Of a stretch of 40,948 nt of DNA, positions 28,074 through 37,589 are shown piece by piece. This DNA comes from a virus (taxonomy: Duplodnaviria > Caudoviricetes), in the IMG/VR virus record IMGVR_UViG_3300025608_000040, positions 1-40,948 of that record, one strand, 5' to 3'. The first letter of the stretch is position 1; the number at the start of each line of letters is the position of its first letter. The notes beneath the pieces were generated by a model that ran no database searches, was not told the DNA's origin, and worked only from the letters and a program-made list of their open reading frames with translations. The position numbers were made by a program, and so were the translations under genes.

Positions 28074-29933
28074 TTATATTCCGCCAACTTCAAAGAACCA
28101 ACCGAAAGCAGTCCCATTTCCGTCAGGAATTTGAAATGATTGTCCATTAGTTCCTGTGTTAAATGATGATGATGTTTTGGCGGATCCATCATAAACACAC
28201 CTAACTGTGGTATCGGTAGTTGCACATCCTGAACCACCACCACCTTGTGAGTATGACTTCATCACAACATTGTCAGACGAAGTGAAAGAAATGGACGATG
28301 TATTCCATGATGCGGTTGTTTGTCCTTGAGTTTTAATTAATCTTGCAACTTCAGTACCATTCTTTTCGACAGTAATGTAACCTTTTGCACAATCATGAGC
28401 GTATGTTGACGAACTTACATTTTGTAAGTTTAATGTGTGTGAGGGTGTTGGTGTCGGTGTTGGTGGAATTGATGTTGGTGATGGTGTTGCCGTAGGTGGA
28501 ATTGATGTTGGTGATGGGGTTGGTTGTGGGGTTGGGTTAGGTGTGCTCGTCGGATTCGGTGGGACCGGAGTTGCCGTTGGTGGAATTGATGTTGGTGATG
28601 AAGTTGGTTGTGGGGTTGGGTCAGGTGGAAACTCTGAATTATTTACCATTCCCATTTGCCAATGTTTAACTCCATTTATAATCTTATACTTGTCTGAAGA
28701 CGTGCCAGACTCGATATAAATTTGAGGAGCATTATTCCTTGCAAAATTTATACCATTTAACGTTCCGTCCCAAGCTCTAATATTTAGGGATGAAACAATA
28801 TTATCTATTCTGTTACAAAGTGTTGTGATCGGTAACATTTCCTGAGGGTTCTCAGGATTAGGTATTTGTCTACCACCATATAAAAGACCAACAATAACCC
28901 ATTCAGTTTCAATCATTGTCAATATTGCAGAACCAGAATCACCACCAGAAGATGGGTAGTAACACCAATCACCCTGTGGTGTTGTTGAACCACTTGCTTG
29001 TAATTCAAACGTGTCGTTCATATAACACGTGGTGTCAGTCCCTTGTCGACCATAATCAATTGAAATGGATGTTGAGTGGGCAACACAAAACAATTTAGTG
29101 TTGTCTTGACCTTTTGGACCTGTAGTTCTACCACTACTATAATAAACTTGAGATGGTCTTTGAAATAAAGTATCTAACTCTTGTGTTGTTGCAAACCTTG
29201 GTGATGATGTCATACCACTAATTCCAAATTGGTTCCATGAAACAAAAGGATCTACAGTCACTTGACCATCCGCACCTACTTGATCGAATGAAACTAATGC
29301 ACAATCAACTTCATTATTAAATGGTATCGGTGAAATTGGTTGATATTTCTTTACAATACCGACACTATTTGATATCCCAAAATTACCCGTTTCGTTGGGT
29401 TGTGTAATTTTATTTCCATTAGGTGTAAAAACATTGGTTCTAATGCCACTTTGATTTCTTTCTGATGTAAAGAAGGCGTCGTTACAAAGTACATGGTTAT
29501 TACTTACACCTACTAATGTGTTTGTTTCGTTATCCACAGCAATAAAACCTAATGTACCCACATAACTACTCAGACTTGTATAGTTCGTAATTGATATACC
29601 ACCCATTAATGGTCTGTGAGTATTTCTATTTGCGGGTGGCTGACCCTGCCAAAGATAGAAATCAGGGACACAATAGTCATACCCGAATGGTGATATTGAA
29701 CCCTCAATAACGTCAGTGTCAAAAGTCTCACCATCAAAAGTTAGTTGGTTTGGTATTCTCTCCGATTCAGGAATTTCTGATAAAGGTCTTTTTCTTATTA
29801 CAGTAAATACTATTGTTCTTTGGTCCGTTGTCCTACCATTAACTTCTTTAAAACCATAACCAACACCAACAATTTCAGATGATGTTGTTTTATTAAGTTC
29901 TGATGTTATTTCTTTTAATCTTTGATTTGTCAT
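28074..29933 (-). CDS. Nal1-like trypsin-family serine protease with Pro/Thr linker and C-terminal domain
   Basis: Catalytic triad motifs SNNHVL (His), VDCALV (Asp) and GGDSGS (Ser); Nal1-like N-terminal 'VGVGYGFK...IVFTVIRKRP...IP...TDVIE'. Confidence 0.8.
   Translation of the reverse strand: MTNQRLKEITSELNKTTSSEIVGVGYGFKEVNGRTTDQRTIVFTVIRKRPLSEIPESERIPNQLTFDGETFDTDVIEGSISPFGYDYCVPDFYLWQGQPPANRNTHRPLMGGISITNYTSLSSYVGTLGFIAVDNETNTLVGVSNNHVLCNDAFFTSERNQSGIRTNVFTPNGNKITQPNETGNFGISNSVGIVKKYQPISPIPFNNEVDCALVSFDQVGADGQVTVDPFVSWNQFGISGMTSSPRFATTQELDTLFQRPSQVYYSSGRTTGPKGQDNTKLFCVAHSTSISIDYGRQGTDTTCYMNDTFELQASGSTTPQGDWCYYPSSGGDSGSAILTMIETEWVIVGLLYGGRQIPNPENPQEMLPITTLCNRIDNIVSSLNIRAWDGTLNGINFARNNAPQIYIESGTSSDKYKIINGVKHWQMGMVNNSEFPPDPTPQPTSSPTSIPPTATPVPPNPTSTPNPTPQPTPSPTSIPPTATPSPTSIPPTPTPTPSHTLNLQNVSSSTYAHDCAKGYITVEKNGTEVARLIKTQGQTTASWNTSSISFTSSDNVVMKSYSQGGGGSGCATTDTTVRCVYDGSAKTSSSFNTGTNGQSFQIPDGNGTAFGWFFEVGGI
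28438..28625. repeat. Pro/Thr/Ser-rich linker repeats (PTSIPPTATP..)
   Basis: Repeated ggtggaattgatgttggtgatg units. Confidence 0.85.
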
Positions 29934-29939
29934 TTTTAA

Positions 29940-32900
29940 TTAGTTTGGTATGTGTACAAAAATTGTATTAGCGGTGTCGACCGTTGCCGTAGGTACTGGA
30001 GTACTTATTGGTTCCACCGTTGCCGTTGGTACTGGTGTACTTGTCGGGTTAGGTGTAGGTTCCACAGTTGCCGTAGGTACTGGAGTGCTTGTCGGGTTAG
30101 GTGTAGGTTCCACAGTTGCCGTAGGTACTGGTGTACTTGTTGGTTGTACAGGTGTGGGTTGTGCAGGTGCCGTAGGTACTGGTGTACTTGTCGGGTTAGG
30201 TGTGTCTAACACAACCGATATTGAAATTGGGAAGTCATGTGAAAGGTCAAATGTATCTCCTACAGTGGCTGTAAATCCGTTACATTGTACTGTCCCAACA
30301 TTTATACTCGGTCTAACACCATCATATGTTGTTGTACCATTATCAGGTGTCGTTGCGCGTTGTAGTGAACCGTTGTATGATTGTCCGTACCATGATCCTG
30401 ATCCGCCCATATTAGGTTCTGAAGTAAGAATTTGGTTATACTGTGTTGGATTACCTACGGGTGATCCAGGGCTGTAATAGTAAGTGTATGAACCATCGGA
30501 CTGTAATACTTTATAGAATGTATTACTATCAAACCTATAACTCGCATAGTTCTCGACAGAGTACCAACATGCTTGATTATCTGCGGTTGTCGGGTTTGTT
30601 TTAAATTTTGGATTTTGTCTGAATTTTATGATACCCGAATTCCCAATTAGTTGGTCTAATTGTGTTTCTCTATCGTTACCATTTGCGTCTACTGAATTAA
30701 TTCTAAGTTCTGTTCTGGCATGAACACCACCACTCGCAATATCATTATTTGTGAAATATAGATCGAATGGTCTAAATGGATTATTTTCACCGTACATTGG
30801 AGTAAAGGTGGCCTGGTTAGAGTTTGTCAAGTATGCAGGATACATCATTTGACCCGCAGTTACTTGGTCGTCAACACCAATCACGTTATTATTTGGATTG
30901 CTTTTACCTTTTTTAAGATCCCAAACACCAATCGTACTTTCACCTGTTGCAGAAGTAGTACAATCAACATCATCCCCCCTATTTTGGAAATTATAACTAT
31001 TGACTGTAAAGTTGACACTATAATCTGTATTACCCACTTGATACGTACTGGGTGTTACACTATTATAAATCATTGCCGCTCGTGAACCATAATAAGTCAC
31101 TAATGGTTCTACGGGTTCTCCAATAGGTCCATCGTTAACTTGAACAATGATATTTTGATCCGAACAGATTGCATTAGGAGATACAACGTCTGTTGATGTT
31201 GGTGTAGGTTCTACTGTTGCCGTTGGTACTGGTGCCTCAGTTGATGTTGGTGTAGGTTCTACTGTTGCCGTTGGTACTGGTGCCTCAGTTGATGTTGGTG
31301 TAGGTTCTACTGTTGCCGTTGGTACAGGAGTACTTGTCGGACAATTAAATTGAGACACTGTCATCACACCGTTGGAATCGGTTGTGATCCATCTCCATGT
31401 TGATTTGACACTAACATCATTGTATTGGTTCCAAAAAAATCCGAATTGAGAGTTTGTTATTAAACTACCATCATCATAAAGTATATCACCGTTTTGTGGG
31501 TTGGTCGGATCTCCATTTGTTTGCTTTGTTTGTCCACTTGAGGATGTTACATCATTGTTACATATGAACTGTTGGGCCCCACTGAAATTACCTGTTAAAA
31601 TATCATATAATGGGTTTGGTAGAGAATTAATTCGGGTAAGTAACAATATGTTTTGTGTTGGTTCCACAGTTGCTGTTGGTACTGGTGTGCTTGTCGGGTT
31701 AGGTGTGGGTTCCACAGTTGCCGTTGGTACAGGAGTGTTTGTTGGTTCTACTGTTGCCGTAGGTACTGGAGTACTTGTTGGTTCTACTGTTGGTGTTGGT
31801 GAGTTACATGTAAACCCTGAAACCGTTATATATCCAATATCACTTACCTCTATCCATCTCCAATCAGAAACCGACGTACCATTTCCGTACTTGTATAATA
31901 TATTTTGTGCACCTTCTATAGGGAATCCACCTGCATAAAACCTATCACCTGTTTGTGGGTTGTTAGGATCTCCTGTCGTTTGTCTTGTGGTTGAATTAAA
32001 ATTATTAGATCCGTAAGTACATAAATGGTTTTGTACGTCATTATATGTTGAACTTCCACTTAACCATGGGTCAACACCACCATCATTATTAATTCGGAAA
32101 ACTAAAGTTATATCTTGTAAATTTACACCACTTGTTGATGTGGGTGTTAGTTGTGGTGTTGACGTAGGTTCGGGAGTTGGGTTTTGTGTTGGTTGTGGTG
32201 TTGATGTGGGATTAGGGGTTGCCGTTGGTAATTGACTCGCCGTAGGTTCGGGAGTTGGGTTTTGTGTTGCAGTTGGTTGTGGTGTTGCCGTTGGATTAGG
32301 GGTACTTGTCGGGTTAGGTGTTGGTTCTACTGTTGCTGTTGGTACTGGTGTATTTGTCGGGTTAGGTGTAGGTTCTACTGTTGGTACCGGTGTTGACGTT
32401 GGTTCGGGAGTTGTATTTAATTGATTAACTAAATCAATAATTCTTTGATCAAATGACGCAGATGCAATTAAATAAGACGATGTAAAATGATTAAAATCGT
32501 TTCTTATCGAACCACTTTCAATTTCTAAAGCATTTAACCTACCATCTGTTTGTACGACATAACCCGCAAACGCATCATTATCAGTATCAACACTGTTGAT
32601 TAATTCAACTATTTCCACGAATGAATCTTTATCTTCTTCTGATAAATTTAAAATTGTGTCAATCCGTCCTTTTTCCGTGTCTATCCTATTTGATAATGAA
32701 CCCGTAGCAAGTTCTAATTCATTTATATGTGTGTTTTGGTCCGTATTAACGTTGTTATTAGATGATGTGTAGGTATTAAAATATTCTCTAAATTCTTGAA
32801 CTTCTAAATCAGTGGCAAACGAATTGTCTAATGAACTTGTAAATGTCTCTAATGACCCTAACCTTTCTTCTGCTGAGGAAGAAAAAACATTTAATTCAAT

Positions 32901-33089
32901 TACAGAAGACGTATGATCGTTTATACTATCATCAATTGCGGAAAATGAAGATGTTAACTCACTCTTTATTTGTTCCTTTATTGTATCTAATGTGGTTCCA
33001 AAAGTCTCACCATCTTGAGATATTGGAATAATACCACTACCCGATGGTTGTAAACTTGAACTTAAATCTGATATTTTTCTAAATGCCAT
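29940..33089 (-). CDS. tail fibre/adhesin-like protein with N-terminal coiled coil, mucin-like Pro/Thr linkers and three globular domains
   Basis: N-terminal 'RKISDL' fibre-type start, a heptad region, and four PT-rich blocks separating domains; late motif 3 nt upstream of the ATG. Confidence 0.65.
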   Translation of the reverse strand: MAFRKISDLSSSLQPSGSGIIPISQDGETFGTTLDTIKEQIKSELTSSFSAIDDSINDHTSSVIELNVFSSSAEERLGSLETFTSSLDNSFATDLEVQEFREYFNTYTSSNNNVNTDQNTHINELELATGSLSNRIDTEKGRIDTILNLSEEDKDSFVEIVELINSVDTDNDAFAGYVVQTDGRLNALEIESGSIRNDFNHFTSSYLIASASFDQRIIDLVNQLNTTPEPTSTPVPTVEPTPNPTNTPVPTATVEPTPNPTSTPNPTATPQPTATQNPTPEPTASQLPTATPNPTSTPQPTQNPTPEPTSTPQLTPTSTSGVNLQDITLVFRINNDGGVDPWLSGSSTYNDVQNHLCTYGSNNFNSTTRQTTGDPNNPQTGDRFYAGGFPIEGAQNILYKYGNGTSVSDWRWIEVSDIGYITVSGFTCNSPTPTVEPTSTPVPTATVEPTNTPVPTATVEPTPNPTSTPVPTATVEPTQNILLLTRINSLPNPLYDILTGNFSGAQQFICNNDVTSSSGQTKQTNGDPTNPQNGDILYDDGSLITNSQFGFFWNQYNDVSVKSTWRWITTDSNGVMTVSQFNCPTSTPVPTATVEPTPTSTEAPVPTATVEPTPTSTEAPVPTATVEPTPTSTDVVSPNAICSDQNIIVQVNDGPIGEPVEPLVTYYGSRAAMIYNSVTPSTYQVGNTDYSVNFTVNSYNFQNRGDDVDCTTSATGESTIGVWDLKKGKSNPNNNVIGVDDQVTAGQMMYPAYLTNSNQATFTPMYGENNPFRPFDLYFTNNDIASGGVHARTELRINSVDANGNDRETQLDQLIGNSGIIKFRQNPKFKTNPTTADNQACWYSVENYASYRFDSNTFYKVLQSDGSYTYYYSPGSPVGNPTQYNQILTSEPNMGGSGSWYGQSYNGSLQRATTPDNGTTTYDGVRPSINVGTVQCNGFTATVGDTFDLSHDFPISISVVLDTPNPTSTPVPTAPAQPTPVQPTSTPVPTATVEPTPNPTSTPVPTATVEPTPNPTSTPVPTATVEPISTPVPTATVDTANTIFVHIPN
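29975..30205. repeat. ~48-bp repeats encoding [16 protein letters not shown]
   Basis: Near-identical gttccacagttgccgtaggtactgg...gtcgggttaggtgtag units; related blocks at ~31655-31800 and ~32135-32415. Confidence 0.9.
31192..31325. repeat. exact 48-bp tandem repeat encoding [16 protein letters not shown]
   Basis: gttgatgttggtgtaggttctactgttgccgttggtactggtgcctca repeated ~2.8 times. Confidence 0.92.
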
Positions 33090-33102
33090 TTTTATAAATA
33101 TT

Positions 33103-34125
33103 TTAACTAATTAATATGTCTCCACTTTCGGTGTAAACAACGTCGATTACCCCATCACCATCAGTATCACCCTCAAAATAAATTGTGGACTCACTAAACG
33201 GTGTTATATCAGTTTCCTCACATGGTTCCTGACATTCATTTATGTCGTAATTTGGTTTTATTTGTGTTAAATAATGATGTTTCACCTCTAACGCATTGAG
33301 AGGTTCCTCAATGTATTTTATTTTCTTTAAGTTAAACTGTGTGGTACCAATGTGTATTCCACCCGAACCCGATACACCACCACCCCATGACTGTATAAAA
33401 GGTTGAAATCCTCTTTTGGATGGTACAATTTCTTCCCAATTATCAATCTTATATATTGGCCAACCGTTTAAGTAAATTTTTAGTACTCCTAATCTGGCAT
33501 ATCGCTCATCGTTCCAATTTTTATTTAAAACTTCGTTATATTGATGAGTTTCTGTTTGCCCTGACAACACAACACCCCTTGAATTGGTAATTGTATCACC
33601 TTTTATTAAGTCGTTCCAACCACCCGCATTTTCAATCTCACATTCTGTGTGTCTTAAATGTCTGTCAAAAACAATACTAATATTAAAGTCTTTTTGTGTA
33701 CCATCATTACATAATACGGGTGTTACCCCCGAATCAACATAAAAGGTTTCTTGATAAGAAGTGTTTATACACTCACCTGAGTATCGGTAAGCTTCCCACA
33801 TAATTTTCCCTTCCGATGTAAATGAAAATGATAGGTTATTGTCCGCATATAATTGTGGGTCGTGTTCGTCTCTCACACCAAAAAAGTAAAAGGTGTTCCC
33901 TAATGACCACGGTAAGGTTTCTCTATTAAAAACAAAATCCAATGACCACCCCTTTTCGGGTCTTCTATCAATAAGATACTCACAATTGTTTATACCACCG
34001 TGCTGGTTGAATTGGTATTGCCATGGTCTAACACCCAGTGTTGGGTCTATCGGGCAACAATCACCACCGAGTGATGACTCACAACTAATTAAATTCGTGG
34101 TAAATCCTGAGATCTCTAATGACAT
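33103..34125 (-). CDS. virion structural protein, possible concanavalin A/LamG-like fold
   Basis: 'GWSLDFVF', 'FNISIVFDR', 'LKIYLNG' and '[17 protein letters not shown]' resemble LamG-like elements; Cys-rich. Confidence 0.5.
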   Translation of the reverse strand: MSLEISGFTTNLISCESSLGGDCCPIDPTLGVRPWQYQFNQHGGINNCEYLIDRRPEKGWSLDFVFNRETLPWSLGNTFYFFGVRDEHDPQLYADNNLSFSFTSEGKIMWEAYRYSGECINTSYQETFYVDSGVTPVLCNDGTQKDFNISIVFDRHLRHTECEIENAGGWNDLIKGDTITNSRGVVLSGQTETHQYNEVLNKNWNDERYARLGVLKIYLNGWPIYKIDNWEEIVPSKRGFQPFIQSWGGGVSGSGGIHIGTTQFNLKKIKYIEEPLNALEVKHHYLTQIKPNYDINECQEPCEETDITPFSESTIYFEGDTDGDGVIDVVYTESGDILIS

Positions 34126-34212
34126 TTCTACTTTTAACTATAAATAGTAAAAACATTACTTATAACTAAAATCAACAGTAAAAAAAAACATTAAGGTGTT
34201 TTGTCTCTACCC

Positions 34213-34638
34213 TTAACAACTACTATACCCACAAACTTTAAAGTAGTGGACCTCATTTTCGAACCCAGTGTATGTAAAAACATCGTTGTTTAATATAAAA
34301 TTCTTGTAATCGTGTAAAATATTACCTTCATCATCTTCTATATCAAAATGATCAGCAAAATCATCAAATGAAATTGACTGTGTTATACCTGAGTAAATGT
34401 AATCGGGGTCATTTGGGGTATTATCGATTTCACATAAATCAACACATATTTTTTGTGTTGTGTGTCCTGATAAATCTTTTTCTACACCAATATTAAAACT
34501 AATATTATTTGTAAAATCAATGACTTTTTTGTCATAATCCCCATCAAAACCCGCAATTTCGTAGTCGTACGTCTCCGAATTATCGAGTTTAACATCTAAA
34601 CTTATACCTAAATTTCTTAAAATATCCTGACTATTCAT
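34213..34638 (-). CDS. hypothetical structural protein
   Basis: Likely start is MNSQDIL at 34638, 5 nt downstream of a TATTTATA motif. Confidence 0.6.
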   Translation of the reverse strand: MNSQDILRNLGISLDVKLDNSETYDYEIAGFDGDYDKKVIDFTNNISFNIGVEKDLSGHTTQKICVDLCEIDNTPNDPDYIYSGITQSISFDDFADHFDIEDDEGNILHDYKNFILNNDVFTYTGFENEVHYFKVCGYSSC

Positions 34639-34691
34639 ATCTTTATAAATATCTTTCATAACATTTGATATTTATAATAAAAGTATATTCT

Positions 34692-35423
34692 ATGAATAAA
34701 TTTATAAAAGGGGTTATTGAGGAGAAATTTTCATCAAAAAAACAACAACGTTTTTTCTACGCAAAGTCTCAAGATGAGAGTTTAAGTAAGAAAGAAAGGG
34801 ATGAGTGGAAAAAAATGGCAGATAAAATGTCAAAAGACACAAACTTTGAAAAAATACCAGAGGTAGCCGAAGAAGAAGGTGATGTTGACGAAATTGTTAA
34901 CTCAAAAGGAAACATACAGAGAGGTGGAAAACCAACTGACGCTAACTCAAAGGGTATAACGTCGAAAAAAACAAGTAATCAAACCGCTAAGGGGTATGCG
35001 GGACAAATGGGTACACATGGTGTACACGGAACACATACTTCGTTAAGATATTGGGCAGAATCAGATATGAGTAAATCACTTGGTTACGACGATACTTTAG
35101 GTGATGATGATAGTTTTAAAGAGGCATACAGACATTTTACAAAAGAATTAAAACTTTCCCACGATGATGCTATGGACAGACTCGAAAAAATGGGTTATGA
35201 CCCTAAATTACCACAGGATAAAGTTAGGTTAGTCGAAAATCCAAAGAAATTCATGAAAGATTACATGGAAACTGTATTATCAAAAAAAAATAAAAATCTT
35301 GAAATTGTAGATGGTGAAAAAAAAGAACTCAACCCAATCATTAAGAGACAGTTAACTTCTTTGAAAAATACCTTAGAAAAAAATAACCTTACGATAGACG
35401 ACATAACAGAATATTTTAAGTAA
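34692..35423 (+). CDS. hypothetical protein (probable head-internal; 'SKKQQRFFYA' motif)
   Basis: Likely ATG at 34692 after TATTTATA (34669-34676); charged 243-aa protein. Confidence 0.65.
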   Translation: MNKFIKGVIEEKFSSKKQQRFFYAKSQDESLSKKERDEWKKMADKMSKDTNFEKIPEVAEEEGDVDEIVNSKGNIQRGGKPTDANSKGITSKKTSNQTAKGYAGQMGTHGVHGTHTSLRYWAESDMSKSLGYDDTLGDDDSFKEAYRHFTKELKLSHDDAMDRLEKMGYDPKLPQDKVRLVENPKKFMKDYMETVLSKKNKNLEIVDGEKKELNPIIKRQLTSLKNTLEKNNLTIDDITEYFK

Positions 35424-35424
35424 G

Positions 35425-35913
35425 ATGAATAAAGATTTAAAAGATAGAGTTTTTAAAATTCCTGACAATGTGTTTGATCACATACATAAGACCCTAATGA
35501 GTATAAAGGGTGAGTCAGTTGATGGAATTATGAGGGCAAAAAATTTAATCAGAACTAAAAACGTGGGGTACGGTCAAATAAAAAGAATAATCCACGATTT
35601 AGAAAACGAAATAGACCCTAACAGTGTACAATATAATTTAGCTGGTGGACAACTAATGTTAGATTGGGCTAAAACACACCTAAATGGAGAAAGGGATCTT
35701 TTAAAGAATAATAAAAAATCACAGCAAAGATCAAATGAGGTTGGTCAAATTGATGATATTAGACAAAATAGTTTTTTAAAGAAACACACAAAAAAAAGTT
35801 CCAATAGGACTCCTGTCAATATGTTAAAATCTAACTCAGATAAAACCTCAGTCTCACCTATCTCATCTTTAGGAATTTTTGAGGAAATAAACAGAATTAA
35901 AGATTTATTATAA
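35425..35913 (+). CDS. hypothetical protein ending in EEINRIKDLL
   Basis: 162-aa ORF coupled to both neighbours. Confidence 0.7.
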   Translation: MNKDLKDRVFKIPDNVFDHIHKTLMSIKGESVDGIMRAKNLIRTKNVGYGQIKRIIHDLENEIDPNSVQYNLAGGQLMLDWAKTHLNGERDLLKNNKKSQQRSNEVGQIDDIRQNSFLKKHTKKSSNRTPVNMLKSNSDKTSVSPISSLGIFEEINRIKDLL

Positions 35914-36854
35914 TGGCAAGTCAAATAGAATCAATTTCAGATAAATTTAGAGAAGACGCCTTGGCGAGGAATGAGTACAAATCACTCAAGTCTTATAATA
36001 GTTCTCACCCTAATTCACTATCCGATGGTGATGAATTAGGAAAAGGAGAAAATAATGGTAAAATTGGTAGTAGTATTGACATACAAAGTAGAAAAGATGT
36101 GTTAGGTAGAAACAAATACGGGTCTGAATCTGGATACGGTTTGTCTAATTCAAATGCAATGTCCGACGGTGACGAATTTGGTAGAGGTGAAAATAATGGA
36201 AGTGTTGGTACTAATACTGACATAAACCAAAGAGGTGAACACATTAAAAGAAATACATACAATAGTAGTAATGGATACGGTGTAGGACACGAAAACGCAT
36301 TGTCAGATGGTGATGAATTAGGTAAGGGTGAAAACTCAGGTAAAATAGGTGGATTAACCGACATCAATACAAGAACGGATAATACAGGTAGAAATACTTA
36401 CAATGAAACAAACTCTTATAGTTCATTACACGAAAACGCATTGTCAGATGGTGATGAATTGGGTAAAGGTGAAAATAGTGGTAATGTTGGTAGTTTGACT
36501 GATATTAATACAAGGACAGATCTAATAAATAAAAACACATACAACATTTCAAACGGTTATGGTGTAGGACATCAAAACGCCCTATCAGATGGTGATGAAT
36601 TAGGAAAAGGGGAGAATAGTGGAAATATTGGTAGTTTGACCGATATTAACACAAGGACTGATAACACAAATAGAAACACATATAATGAAACTGATAATTA
36701 TAATTCACTACATCAAAACGCATTGTCAGATGGTGATGAATTAGGAAAAGGGGAGAATAGTGGAAATATTGGTAGTTTGACTGACATAAATTCACGAGTT
36801 GATGGGATTGGAAGGAATTTTTTTTCAGACACTAAAACATATCCAGATTTTTAA
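35913..36854 (+). CDS. 47-aa tandem-repeat protein (6 x NALSDGDELGKGE...DINTR..RNTYN)
   Basis: Repeat units start at 36009, 36150, 36291, 36432, 36573 and 36714 (exact 141-bp period). Confidence 0.85.
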   Translation: MASQIESISDKFREDALARNEYKSLKSYNSSHPNSLSDGDELGKGENNGKIGSSIDIQSRKDVLGRNKYGSESGYGLSNSNAMSDGDEFGRGENNGSVGTNTDINQRGEHIKRNTYNSSNGYGVGHENALSDGDELGKGENSGKIGGLTDINTRTDNTGRNTYNETNSYSSLHENALSDGDELGKGENSGNVGSLTDINTRTDLINKNTYNISNGYGVGHQNALSDGDELGKGENSGNIGSLTDINTRTDNTNRNTYNETDNYNSLHQNALSDGDELGKGENSGNIGSLTDINSRVDGIGRNFFSDTKTYPDF

Positions 36855-37558
36855 TGAAACTATTTAAAGACATATATAGATTTTTGCTCGGGGAACAATC
36901 AGTACCTAAGTATTTAAACAATTCTTCTTCAAGACATGGGTCACTTGCAAGTGCGGTCAAAAAAAGGAATCCCGTTTCTTTTTTTTATAACGGACCAAGA
37001 AAAACCGTTCAAGCGGGTAAAAGAGTAAAGGCCGAGTTAGTTGCCCTTGGACTATCTAAAAAAGGTAACATGATCGTTAGGGCGTGGGTTGATCAACCGT
37101 CTAAGAGTAAAACAGGGTTTCAAAAAGGAAATTGGAGGACGTTTATGGTCTCAAGAATGAATCAGGTTGAGATATTCGATCAAGAGACTTTTGATGTAAA
37201 AAGAGATGGTTATAAAGAAGGTGATGATAAATCAATGTCAGTTACATACGTAACACCTGATTGGTCGTCAACTCCTGAACCTACACAACAAAGAGAACCC
37301 GAAGTGGAACCTACACAACAAATAGAACCTGAAGTAGAACCTACACAACAAATAGAACCTGAAGTAGAACCTACACAACAAACTACAGATAGTTTACCAC
37401 AACCAAATCCAGTAAACCTACCAAGTATTGAACCACCAATCGTTGATGATAACGATGAAGATGAACCTCTTGATGATGATGAAGACCAAGACGGTAACTA
37501 CGATAATTTGAATGAAAGTATTAATAGAATAAAGGAATTACTTTATAATACGAAATAA
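36854..37558 (+). CDS. WYL-domain protein with acidic/Pro-rich tail
   Basis: 'AVKKRNPVSFFY...RVKAELVALG...IVRAW...WRTFMVSRMNQVEI..ETF' matches the WYL (Sm/SH3-like) pattern; no HTH domain. Confidence 0.7.
   Translation: MKLFKDIYRFLLGEQSVPKYLNNSSSRHGSLASAVKKRNPVSFFYNGPRKTVQAGKRVKAELVALGLSKKGNMIVRAWVDQPSKSKTGFQKGNWRTFMVSRMNQVEIFDQETFDVKRDGYKEGDDKSMSVTYVTPDWSSTPEPTQQREPEVEPTQQIEPEVEPTQQIEPEVEPTQQTTDSLPQPNPVNLPSIEPPIVDDNDEDEPLDDDEDQDGNYDNLNESINRIKELLYNTK
37277..37382. repeat. 30-bp tandem repeat encoding EPTQQIEPEV (~3.5 copies)
   Basis: gaacctacacaacaaatagaacctgaagta units. Confidence 0.92.
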
Positions 37559-37589
37559 TATATTTATATTCTTTATAAAATAGAAAGAT

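Noticed and set aside
29950-31938. Plus-strand Val/Gly-rich and Cys/Arg-rich ORFs (29950-30477, 29952-30209, 31501-31938; also 28435-28719)
   Set aside because: Antisense shadows of Pro/Thr codon repeats; no start context or independent features.
28074-34125. Diversity-generating retroelement acting on fibre genes
   Set aside because: No reverse transcriptase in the window, and I saw no TR/VR pair differing only at adenines.
34181-34202. Weak hairpin AAAACA-TTAAGG-TGTTTT with A-run
   Set aside because: The stem is nearly all A-T and too weak to call as a terminator.
36009-36800. Regularly spaced repeats as a possible CRISPR array
   Set aside because: The 141-bp period is a multiple of 3, variation is largely synonymous, the 'spacers' are homologous to each other, it lies inside an ORF, and there are no cas genes.
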